This document shows positions 47,049-55,832 of a stretch of DNA of 64,000 nucleotides, piece by piece. The notes below the pieces were generated by a model. It was given only the letters and a program-made list of their open reading frames with translations, did not search any database and was not told the origin of the DNA. Source of the stretch: Alphaproteobacteria bacterium (GTDB lineage: Bacteria; Pseudomonadota; Alphaproteobacteria; RF32; CAG-239); NCBI GenBank assembly GCA_045578445.1, contig JAZNKG010000025.1, positions 18,247 through 82,246 of the forward strand, written 5' to 3'. Position numbers and translations under genes: made by a program. Each line of letters begins with the position of its first letter. Positions within the stretch are counted from its first letter, which is position 1.

Positions 47049-48695
47049 TTATTTTACAAGCTTTTTTTGATGTTTTTGTCGAGGAATCGCAATTTGGAAG
47101 GTTGAACCTTGATTTTCTTTGCTGTTAACATCAATTTCGGCATTAAGTTTTAGTATTAAATCTTTTACAATCGCTAATCCTAATCCTGTACCTTTCTTGT
47201 CTGGGAAATTAGAAGTTGAGTAAAATGGTTCAAATATATGTTTTATATCTTTTTGAGGAATACCGCATCCATTGTCTTTGATTGAGATGAGTATATCTTC
47301 TTTATTTGTATTTGTTTTAATTTCTAATTCACCGCCATTTGGCATCGCATTTATTGCATTTTGCACTAGATTTAAAATAATCATCTTAAAATCTGTTTCG
47401 TTGCCATAAATTGTTTCTTTTGTATTAGAAAAGTTTTTGGTTAAAATAATACCTTTACTTTTAATCTCATAATCAAGTAAAGAGAGAATGTCTGAAATGC
47501 TCGATGTAATATAAAAAGTTGTTTCACTTTGCTCTGTATTTCTTGATATTTTTAGTAAGCGCTCAGGTACTTTTATACACTCCTTAATTTGTGATGAAAT
47601 CATTTCTAGATATTGTTTTTTTTCATTTTCGGGGTCTTCGTTATTAAAATATTTTTGCAAAAGACCATCTAATATCATATTGATTGCACCAAGATTATTT
47701 TTCATTTCGTGAGCAATTGATGTTGCTAAAAATCCGAGAGAGGATATTTTTTGTTGGTGAGAATAATTTATGTTTTCACTCAAGTCACGAATAGATTCTA
47801 CAATACTGTATTTACCATTTATATTTATGCGAGCAGAGTTTATTGATAAAGGTTTGTTGTTTACACTATGTATAAGTTTTAGGCTAGATGATTTAGATTT
47901 TTTTAGTTCTTTTAGTGGGCAAATGTATTGAGAATTATTGCATGGAGCAGAAGCATTATTGCAATATGAGCCATAGCATTTATCTGATTTGAAAAATACC
48001 TTTTGTCTTATTTGCTCGTTATATGTTTTATTTGATAATGTAATGTTATAATCTTCATCAATAATACGCACAGCATCAGGTATTGCATCAATTAAGTTTT
48101 GTAAATAAAGTTCTTTTTCTTTTATTTCTTTAATTTGTTCTTCTATACTATCTAACATGAAATTAATAGTGGAGCTTAGGGTATCAAATTCGTCAGTGAA
48201 TTTTCCTTTTTTTAGTTTTAACCGATTGCTAAAGTCGCCATTAGCTACAGCAATTGATAAGATGGTTAGTTTATCTACAGGTGTTATTACCCAAAAACGA
48301 AGTAGTAGACCAAATACAATTAAGGAAAGAAATGTTAATAGTGCGCCTAAGCCGATTATTTTTAGTATTTCTATTAAAGTTGCATTTTTATCATTGTAGT
48401 TTTTATTTAATTCTTCATTTAGTTGACGTTCTTTACTTAATTCTTCTTGTTTTTCACTTAAACTTTTGGTGTTTGAAATGAATGCATTGGGTTCTAATTG
48501 TTCTATTTTTTTTCTTAAAATAATATTTTCATTCAAGAGGGCAATTACGTATTGGTTTCTTTTCATAATATTGTTGTAGTCGGTACGCATTTTTTCGCCA
48601 ACTGTTCCATCTAAAACTAATAGAAATATACTTGCACTTAAGATAAAAAAGGCAAAAATAATGGAGAAAAATTTTTTATTTAAACTTAGAAACAT
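47049..48695 (-). CDS. Sensor histidine kinase (TM-HAMP-PAS-HisKA-HATPase), no adjacent response regulator
   Basis: AGGAG SD. Two TM segments, a HAMP-like region, a PAS-like region with CYGSYCNNASAPCNNSQYIC, H-box SIAHEMKNNLGAI, N box LVQNAINA, and G boxes DNGCGIP and GTGLGLAIV. Confidence 0.88.
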   Translation of the reverse strand: MFLSLNKKFFSIIFAFFILSASIFLLVLDGTVGEKMRTDYNNIMKRNQYVIALLNENIILRKKIEQLEPNAFISNTKSLSEKQEELSKERQLNEELNKNYNDKNATLIEILKIIGLGALLTFLSLIVFGLLLRFWVITPVDKLTILSIAVANGDFSNRLKLKKGKFTDEFDTLSSTINFMLDSIEEQIKEIKEKELYLQNLIDAIPDAVRIIDEDYNITLSNKTYNEQIRQKVFFKSDKCYGSYCNNASAPCNNSQYICPLKELKKSKSSSLKLIHSVNNKPLSINSARININGKYSIVESIRDLSENINYSHQQKISSLGFLATSIAHEMKNNLGAINMILDGLLQKYFNNEDPENEKKQYLEMISSQIKECIKVPERLLKISRNTEQSETTFYITSSISDILSLLDYEIKSKGIILTKNFSNTKETIYGNETDFKMIILNLVQNAINAMPNGGELEIKTNTNKEDILISIKDNGCGIPQKDIKHIFEPFYSTSNFPDKKGTGLGLAIVKDLILKLNAEIDVNSKENQGSTFQIAIPRQKHQKKLVK

Positions 48696-48704
48696 TTTTA
48701 ACTC

Positions 48705-49394
48705 CTATAAATTTATTAAATCGATGTCTTGTAAATAATGATTGAACATTTTTTCTTCGGCTAGGGTTGTTGGTGCAAATTTATTATTTTCTCTATCTAG
48801 CATTTTTTGTATGTATGTGTTTAGTTCTTTAGAAGGCATGTAGTTTGGAGATAAGCAAGATCTGGTATATTCATGACCTGGGAAAATTAGAGTGTCATCA
48901 GGTAATGCTTTTATTTTATTTAAGCTTTGTGCCATCTCAATAGGTGTTCCTTCAAATATTCCACCAATGCAAAGATTGAATAATACATCTCCTGTAAATA
49001 ATGCATTATTTTTAGGTAAATAATATAAAACGTGTCCTTTTGTGTGTCCTTTAGCTTCAATTGCGTTAAAAGTAAAGTTTCCTATTTTTATGTTTTCTTT
49101 GTCTTTTGCTGGAATATCTGCTCCTGGTACTTTTGTAAATTCATTTTCAGGTGCGATTATTTTTAGATTATATTTTTCTTTTAGTGGAAGGTTTCCTTCT
49201 ACATGGTCAAAGTGATGATGCGTAGTTAATATGTGTGATGGTGTAAGATTTAGTTCTTCTAATTTTTTTATTATTGGATTTGCTTCTGCTGCATCAATAA
49301 TGACGGTTTGATTGTCTGATTTATCATGCAAAATATAAGCATAATTTGCCATATTTTTTTCGTTACATAATACAGGTATTATCTGAATATCCAT
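48705..49394 (-). CDS. gloB: Hydroxyacylglutathione hydrolase-like metallo-beta-lactamase fold protein
   Basis: THHHFDHVEGN motif and a GloB-like length (229 aa). Confidence 0.75.
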   Translation of the reverse strand: MDIQIIPVLCNEKNMANYAYILHDKSDNQTVIIDAAEANPIIKKLEELNLTPSHILTTHHHFDHVEGNLPLKEKYNLKIIAPENEFTKVPGADIPAKDKENIKIGNFTFNAIEAKGHTKGHVLYYLPKNNALFTGDVLFNLCIGGIFEGTPIEMAQSLNKIKALPDDTLIFPGHEYTRSCLSPNYMPSKELNTYIQKMLDRENNKFAPTTLAEEKMFNHYLQDIDLINL

Positions 49395-49396
49395 TT

Positions 49397-50293
49397 TTAT
49401 TCTATCCTTTTTAATTTGCCTTTGTCTAAAGAATATAAATCATAGAATGCTGTTGTGTAGTCTAGGATGCCAGCAAAGTTTGGTAAGTTTGATGAGATGG
49501 CTAGTGTATAAGCAATACTTTCTCCATAAACGAATCCTCGTCTAGCTCGTTGACCTTTTCTTGCTTCCCAGACGGTTGCATAGTTAATATGTGAATTAAA
49601 TGTTAATGCAAAACTTCTCATACTTTCGATAAGACTATCAAATATTTTAAAGCGGTATCCGTCATCTTTATTTTCTAAGGGTTCTAGTCCTTCTGTTGTA
49701 TACCACAGTTTTTCTTTATATAGTGAGTTTGCTACATTGGCTAGTCTAGAAAAACCCCAGTTACTTTCTATGGCTGCGGTTGCAACCAAAATAGATGGAG
49801 GAATAATATCTATTCTTGTTTTAAGATTTTTAATTTGTTGTTCTATCCGAGCGTTGTCTTTGCTTCTAGTAAAGAAATCATATTTTTTTGCTAATTCTTC
49901 TAATTTTTCTATTTCTTCAGGGGTTAAAGATTTATCTCTTTTATAGTTTCTTTCTAAGCGTAAGAGTGTACTTCTTTCATTATCAATTTCTTCATTTATT
50001 TTTAGAGCTAACGGTGTAAGAATTCTAATAAAAAGCTCATTTCTATATTTTTGAGATTCTATTTGCTGGAAATCTTTAGGGAATGTTTTAACAAAAATTG
50101 CAGGAAATTCATCTTGTTTAAGAAAGTGAAAGCGCTGATATTTATGTTGCTTATAAAAGTTTTCGAGTTCTTCTGTTGTGGCATTTTCCACATAAATATT
50201 TCCATTATAATTTTCAATACTAATTTGAGCAAAAGAGTTTGCACTAAACAAAGTGAGCAAAAGCATAAAAATATATGTAATTTTTTTTATCAT
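49397..50293 (-). CDS. Bax-like glucosaminidase-domain protein
   Basis: Signal peptide. Glucosaminidase-type region PPSILVATAAIESNWGFSRLA. Confidence 0.6.
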   Translation of the reverse strand: MIKKITYIFMLLLTLFSANSFAQISIENYNGNIYVENATTEELENFYKQHKYQRFHFLKQDEFPAIFVKTFPKDFQQIESQKYRNELFIRILTPLALKINEEIDNERSTLLRLERNYKRDKSLTPEEIEKLEELAKKYDFFTRSKDNARIEQQIKNLKTRIDIIPPSILVATAAIESNWGFSRLANVANSLYKEKLWYTTEGLEPLENKDDGYRFKIFDSLIESMRSFALTFNSHINYATVWEARKGQRARRGFVYGESIAYTLAISSNLPNFAGILDYTTAFYDLYSLDKGKLKRIE

Positions 50294-50799
50294 ATAAGTT
50301 TAACCTCTTTGATTTCTGGTAAATAGCGAACAAGATTTTTTTCAACACGCTCTTTTAGGGTACGTGTTGCATAAGGGCATCCATGGCATTTGCCTAAAAA
50401 ATTTACGTATACAATACCGTCTTGATATTGTGCTAAACGTATATCGCCACCATCTTTTTGTAAAAATGGAGCTATTATCGTTTTTAATATTATCTCTATT
50501 TTTTCTGTAGTGTTTGAAATGGGAGCATTTAATTGATTAGACTTTAATGAAAAGTCATCTATTTCGGCTAAAGATATTATTTCTAAGTCAGATAAATTAT
50601 CATTAGAATTACTTTTTATGTATAGAAAATCAGAGGTTAGGAGAATTGTATCTGCTAATTGTGTTGCATAAATATTTTGTAGTAATTCTGTGGATGATTG
50701 AGTTGTTTTATTTACAAAAAATGTACCTAATACAGGAAGAGGCTCTGATAAAAATAACATACATTCATTAGAGCTTATTTGCTTGCGTTCAATTAACAT
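50290..50799 (-). CDS. NifU-like Fe-S scaffold protein (Nfu_N plus NifU C-terminal domain)
   Basis: The C-terminal region IAPFLQKDGGDIRLAQYQDGIVYVNFLGKCHGCPYATRTLK contains the CxxC NifU motif. Confidence 0.8.
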   Translation of the reverse strand: MLIERKQISSNECMLFLSEPLPVLGTFFVNKTTQSSTELLQNIYATQLADTILLTSDFLYIKSNSNDNLSDLEIISLAEIDDFSLKSNQLNAPISNTTEKIEIILKTIIAPFLQKDGGDIRLAQYQDGIVYVNFLGKCHGCPYATRTLKERVEKNLVRYLPEIKEVKLI

Positions 50800-51844
50800 T
50801 TTGAGTTGTATCCTTAAAGTCTTTTATTGTATAATATATTGTTTTAATATAGTTTTGAGCTTGCGAGATGTAATATGCTAGATACAAAAGGTGATTAGCT
50901 CCGTAGATGTCTTCTAGAGATGCATTTTTTATAATTGTGGGTTGTAGGCTGATTGCTTTGTTTAAAAACATTAATGCGGTTGTTATATTTTCGTATTGAT
51001 TAGTATTTACAATTACATCTTGGTAATCTTTTTGTAAGGCATTTAGTATGTAGTAAGATGTGTAGACAGTACCTTGAGCTTGGTAGAAAATATTATCTGA
51101 TGAAAAATCAAAGAACTCAGAATTATGCTCTTGTATTTGTTTTTCTATAGTTTTTAGCTGTTTTTGTAATAATTTATTGATGCTGTTTAGCGATATTAGT
51201 AAATTTGAAGTATCAGTAGTAGTGTTGTCGTTGCTTGAACAAAATTCTATGATATGAGAAATTGCTTTTCGATATTGCTTAGCTGAGCCTGGAGAAAGTT
51301 TATCATTTGTTTGTGAAAACAACCATATATCTGCAGGATAATCTAATAACTCAGATGCGTTTTTAAGGTGAGAACTGTTATGCTGTTTAGCTAATTTTTT
51401 TACAATATAATTTAGGCTGTTTTTTACGCCTAGTTGAAAGTTAGGCAAGTTATCTAATACAGATGCTGGAAAAAATGCAGGAAGGCTAGGAGTCCAAGCT
51501 GTATCATCAATTTGAGATTTTAAGATATAAGTTAAGGCGTTTCCTGTATATGTGGGTGACGTTTGGTTTATTTTGATTTCATAATCTAGGGTGTTGTTTA
51601 ATTTTGAACTGATTGCTGCGCCTATTCCATAGTATACTATTATAAATAATGATAAGCCTAATCCAGCAACTTTCCATTGTTGGGTTATTACTGATGTTAT
51701 ATTTCGAAAGTTTTTTTTGTACTTTCTTAATGTTGTTTTAAGTAAAGGCATTATTTTTTTATTAAAATATTTATATGCATTTTTACTTTGTGAGTATAGC
51801 TCTTTGATAAGTTCTTTAATCTTATTCAAGATATTGTTTATCAT
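50789..51844 (-). CDS. Membrane-anchored protein of unknown function (possibly DUF2333-like)
   Basis: One TM segment around aa 60-80 and a large soluble domain. It overlaps murJ by 4 nt and the nfu-like gene by 11 nt, consistent with an operon. Confidence 0.6.
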   Translation of the reverse strand: MINNILNKIKELIKELYSQSKNAYKYFNKKIMPLLKTTLRKYKKNFRNITSVITQQWKVAGLGLSLFIIVYYGIGAAISSKLNNTLDYEIKINQTSPTYTGNALTYILKSQIDDTAWTPSLPAFFPASVLDNLPNFQLGVKNSLNYIVKKLAKQHNSSHLKNASELLDYPADIWLFSQTNDKLSPGSAKQYRKAISHIIEFCSSNDNTTTDTSNLLISLNSINKLLQKQLKTIEKQIQEHNSEFFDFSSDNIFYQAQGTVYTSYYILNALQKDYQDVIVNTNQYENITTALMFLNKAISLQPTIIKNASLEDIYGANHLLYLAYYISQAQNYIKTIYYTIKDFKDTTQNVN

Positions 51845-53412
51845 ATATTTTTTCTCCGCATCAGCAAACTTTTTATAATAGCAGAAATGTCTATTATGCC
51901 TTTTATTTTAGCGCTAATCAAAAAAGTTGCAAGACCTATTATACCTATTATTGATAGTTTGAGGATTAAAGTTCCTATGTTTATTGTTGTTAAAAGGCTA
52001 GATATATAAATATCTGTTAGATAGATAATTACTCCCATAACAATAGTACATATAAATATGTCGAATATTTTCTTTTTTAATTCTTTTGACATATGCCAAT
52101 ATTGGCGTTTTTTTAGTCCGTGTATATATTGATATAAAGATACAAAAGAAGCAATGGATGTTGCAGTAGCAATACCAATATGTCCGAGAGGACCCATTAA
52201 TAGTAGGTTTAATATTAAGTTTGATATAAATACAACAGCACTATATTTTACTGGTGTTTTAGTATCTCCTCTAGCAAAAAAGTTTGGCATTAGAGCTTTT
52301 ACCATTACATAGCAAGGAAGTCCAACGGCATAAGCTTTTAATGCAAGGGCGGTTTTTAATGTATCAGATGAACTAAATTTTCCGTGTTCAAATAGTAATT
52401 GTACAAGCGAATCGGCGAGACAAATAAATAATACGGCAGCAGGTAATGACATAATTAAACCATAGATGATAGCTTTATTTTGCGTTTCTTTAGCCTCTTC
52501 TAATTCATTTGCTTTAAGTTTTTTTGATAAAAGTGGTAATAGCGCAACGCTGATTGCTGCTCCAATTACACCAAGTGGTAGTTGTTGTAGGCGGTTAGCA
52601 TAGTAAAGCCAAGATACTGCTCCAGTGGAAACAAGTGATACGATAATTGTATCTACAACCATGTTTATTTGATAAATGCCAGCACCAACAACTCCTGGCC
52701 CTATACGTTTGAATAGGGTAATTATTTCATTATCTTTTAATAAAGAGATAAATTTAAATGTTGGTTTTATTTTAACACCATCTTTATTTAAGAAATATTT
52801 TAGCCATAATACTTCTATAATACCTGAAATTGTGATACCCCAAGCCATTCCATAAACAGGCACATCTAGAAATAAAACAGAAATAAGTCCTGTTGTAATT
52901 ATGCCAAGATTTAGAATAATTGGTGTAGCAGCGGGGGCTGCGAATCTATCAAATGAGTTCAAGATACCAGCTTGAAAAGATACTATTGATATAAATAGTA
53001 GGAAAGGAAATGTAATTCGGCAAAGTTCAATAGTTAATACTACTTTTTCTGGGTCATTCATAAAACCTGGTGCTAAAACTTTTACAACCAAAGGCATACT
53101 TAATTCAAAGATAATAACAAATAGAAAAAGAAAAGCAGTTAAGAGAGAAATAGATTTTGCTGCAAATTCTACGGATTTTTCTCTACCTGCAGATACTAAT
53201 TTTGATGAAAATAGAGGCACAAAAGCAGATGTAAAAGCACCTTCAGCGAATAAACTACGAAATAAATTAGGAAGTTTAAAAGATACTAAGAACGCATCAG
53301 AAACAGCTCCTGCCCCTAAAAAGTTAGCAATTATCATATCTCTGATGAACCCTGTTATACGGCTTATCATAGTAAATCCGCCAAAAGTGGCAATAGATTT
53401 TATGAATGACAT
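51841..53412 (-). CDS. murJ: Lipid II flippase MurJ (MviN)
   Basis: ATG at 53412 after an AGGAG SD gives MSFIKSIATFGGFTMISRITGFIRDMIIANFLGAG..., a typical MurJ N terminus, with about 14 TM segments. Confidence 0.88.
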   Translation of the reverse strand: MSFIKSIATFGGFTMISRITGFIRDMIIANFLGAGAVSDAFLVSFKLPNLFRSLFAEGAFTSAFVPLFSSKLVSAGREKSVEFAAKSISLLTAFLFLFVIIFELSMPLVVKVLAPGFMNDPEKVVLTIELCRITFPFLLFISIVSFQAGILNSFDRFAAPAATPIILNLGIITTGLISVLFLDVPVYGMAWGITISGIIEVLWLKYFLNKDGVKIKPTFKFISLLKDNEIITLFKRIGPGVVGAGIYQINMVVDTIIVSLVSTGAVSWLYYANRLQQLPLGVIGAAISVALLPLLSKKLKANELEEAKETQNKAIIYGLIMSLPAAVLFICLADSLVQLLFEHGKFSSSDTLKTALALKAYAVGLPCYVMVKALMPNFFARGDTKTPVKYSAVVFISNLILNLLLMGPLGHIGIATATSIASFVSLYQYIHGLKKRQYWHMSKELKKKIFDIFICTIVMGVIIYLTDIYISSLLTTINIGTLILKLSIIGIIGLATFLISAKIKGIIDISAIIKSLLMRRKNI

Positions 53413-53569
53413 AAAAAAACTCCTAAAAATGTAGTAATTTAAACGCTTTATTAGTCTTATTATAATATTTAATCTGTTAATAAAGGGCAAATAAATTTTA
53501 TTTTATCATAAAAAAATTATAAATTATTTTGCAATAGATTGATTTTTGTAATGTTTTTTGAGAGGGAAT

Positions 53570-54547
53570 ATGAATAAATCGGTGATAAACGCTAAAGATA
53601 AACCAGATTTATCTATAATTGTTTCTATGTATAATGAAGAAGACAGCTTAGGTTTGTTTTTTAAAACTATCAATAAAACACTTAATAAGCTTAAAAAATA
53701 TACTTATGAAATAATTTGTATAGATGATGGGTCTATTGATAAAACATTTTCTCTTTTAGAAAAATATGCAAAAAGTGATGAACGTATTAAAGTTATAAAA
53801 TTTTCACGCAATTTTGGTAAAGAATATGGCGTTATGGCAGGGTTAAAGTTTTGTTCCGGACGTTGTGCGATACCTATGGATGTTGATTTGCAAGACCCTC
53901 CAGAGCTTATTTTAGATTTTGTAAAAAAGTGGGAAGATGGTTATGATATGGTTTATGGTATTCGTAGCGATAGAGGTAGCGATACATTTTTAAAACGTTG
54001 GACGGCTAAATTATTTTATAAAACTTATAATTTAATGACAAAGTCGCCAATTCCATATAATGCGGGTGATTATAGATTAATTGATAGAAAAGTTATAAAT
54101 GCAATTTTGAGCCTAAAAGAGCGAAATGTGTTTATGAAGGGTATTTTTGGTTGGACTGGATTTAAGTCTGTAGGTGTAAATTATACACGCCAAAAAAGAA
54201 GTGCTGGCGTTAGTAAATGGAATTATTGGAAGTTATGGAATTTTGCTCTAGATGGAATTACTGCTTCTACTACATTTCCGCTTAGAGTTTGGACTTATTT
54301 AGGAACATTATTATCCACTGCTGGTTTGTTTTATGCTTTGTATATTATCATCAGAACAATAGTTGATGGGGTTGATGTTCCTGGTTATGCATCATTATTG
54401 GTATTTATCTTGCTACTAGGTGGAATACAAATGATTATATTGGGCATATTAGGAGAGTATATTGGTCGTATTTTTGTAGAAGTAAAAAGTCGTCCTATTT
54501 ATATTGTAGAGAAGAAAGTAAATTTGGCTGATGAAGAAGTGGTTTAA
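53570..54547 (+). CDS. Second GtrB/ArnC-type polyprenyl-phosphate glycosyltransferase (GT2)
   Basis: SIIVSMYNEED, IDDGSIDKT, MDVDLQDPP and two C-terminal TM helices ending GEYIGRIF. ATG at 53570 preferred over TTG at 53558. Confidence 0.85.
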   Translation: MNKSVINAKDKPDLSIIVSMYNEEDSLGLFFKTINKTLNKLKKYTYEIICIDDGSIDKTFSLLEKYAKSDERIKVIKFSRNFGKEYGVMAGLKFCSGRCAIPMDVDLQDPPELILDFVKKWEDGYDMVYGIRSDRGSDTFLKRWTAKLFYKTYNLMTKSPIPYNAGDYRLIDRKVINAILSLKERNVFMKGIFGWTGFKSVGVNYTRQKRSAGVSKWNYWKLWNFALDGITASTTFPLRVWTYLGTLLSTAGLFYALYIIIRTIVDGVDVPGYASLLVFILLLGGIQMIILGILGEYIGRIFVEVKSRPIYIVEKKVNLADEEVV

Positions 54548-55793
54548 TAAATATTTTTCAAAAAAAATGCTTATTACTGTGGCCTTTGGTTTTTCTAGTG
54601 GCTTACCATTGGCTTTGGTTTTTGGAACATTATCTTTATGGCTAAAAGATTATAATATTGCATATAGAACAATAGGTGCTTTTGCCTTATTAAGGTTGCC
54701 TTATTCGTTTAAGTGGTTGTGGGCTCCGTTGGTTGAAGTTGTAAAATTGCCTATATTGAATAAATTGGGAAAGAGAAGAGGTTGGGCACTTTTTAGTCAA
54801 GTAGGTTTATTTGTTAGTATTTTTATTTTATCTAGATTATCTCCAAGTGAACACATTTTGTATATGGCATTGGGCGCATTATTGGTTAGCTTTTTTTCAG
54901 CAACGCAAGATATTGTTTTAGATGCATTTAGGGTGGAGTTATTTGCAGATAAAAATGAAAAAGAAGTAGATGGTGCAACAATGTATGTATTGGGGTATCG
55001 TATAGGTAATGTTATATCTAGCGCTGGTGCAATTGGTTTGGCATCTATTGTTTCTTGGAATTTGGTATATTTTATAAATGCTATGCTTTTAGTATTTGGG
55101 GTTATTGCTGTTTTAGTATCTAAAGAACCTGAAGTAAGAAAAAGAGAACGTAGAGAATTATCAAAAAATGTATTAAAGTATGCTATAATTAGTCCTTTAA
55201 GGCATTTTATGAGAAAAAAATACTGGGTTTTGGCTTTGTTAATAGTCTTTTTATATCGTTTGAGTGATGCTTATTTTGGACCAATGGCATATCCTTTTTA
55301 TGCTGATTTGGGTTTCTCCAAAGTGGAGATTGCATATATTTCTAAATTATATGGAATGGGCGCCACAATTATAGGTGGACTATTAGGTGGTTTTGTTTTA
55401 AACAGAATAGGATTATTAAAAGGTTTGTTGGTATTTTCTGTTTTACAGTCCTTAACAACGGCTCTTTATGTTCCATTATATTATGTAGGGCATGATGTGG
55501 CATCGTTGATGTCGGTTGTTGCTTTAGAAAATTTAACATCAGGAATGGCTACAACAGCAATTATTGCATTTATGTCTGTTTTATGTAAACAAGGGTATAC
55601 AGCAACGCAGTATGCTCTATTGTCATCTTTGTCTGGCTTTGCGAGAGATGTTTTTGGAGCAACATCTGGTAAAGTTTTGGAATTAACATCTTGGCCAGAA
55701 TTTTTCTTGATAAGTGCAATATTAGGAGTTCCTGCTATAATTTTGTGTGTAGTTTTATATAAAAAACAGCCAGATTATTTATTGAAGGCTTGA
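54531..55793 (+). CDS. ampG: AmpG-family muropeptide MFS permease
   Basis: The N terminus ...ITVAFGFSSGLPLALVFGTLSLWLKD and the overall pattern fit AmpG. It overlaps the GT2 gene by 17 nt. Confidence 0.75.
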   Translation: MKKWFNKYFSKKMLITVAFGFSSGLPLALVFGTLSLWLKDYNIAYRTIGAFALLRLPYSFKWLWAPLVEVVKLPILNKLGKRRGWALFSQVGLFVSIFILSRLSPSEHILYMALGALLVSFFSATQDIVLDAFRVELFADKNEKEVDGATMYVLGYRIGNVISSAGAIGLASIVSWNLVYFINAMLLVFGVIAVLVSKEPEVRKRERRELSKNVLKYAIISPLRHFMRKKYWVLALLIVFLYRLSDAYFGPMAYPFYADLGFSKVEIAYISKLYGMGATIIGGLLGGFVLNRIGLLKGLLVFSVLQSLTTALYVPLYYVGHDVASLMSVVALENLTSGMATTAIIAFMSVLCKQGYTATQYALLSSLSGFARDVFGATSGKVLELTSWPEFFLISAILGVPAIILCVVLYKKQPDYLLKA

Positions 55794-55809
55794 GTTTTTA
55801 TAAAACTTG

Positions 55810-55818
55810 TGTTATAAT
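55810..55818 (+). promoter_or_regulatory. Extended -10 promoter element (TGTTATAAT)
   Basis: TGnTATAAT match at 55810-55818, 15-30 nt upstream of the candidate starts of the pentapeptide gene. Confidence 0.4.
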
Positions 55819-55832
55819 GAGGCAGTTTTTGT

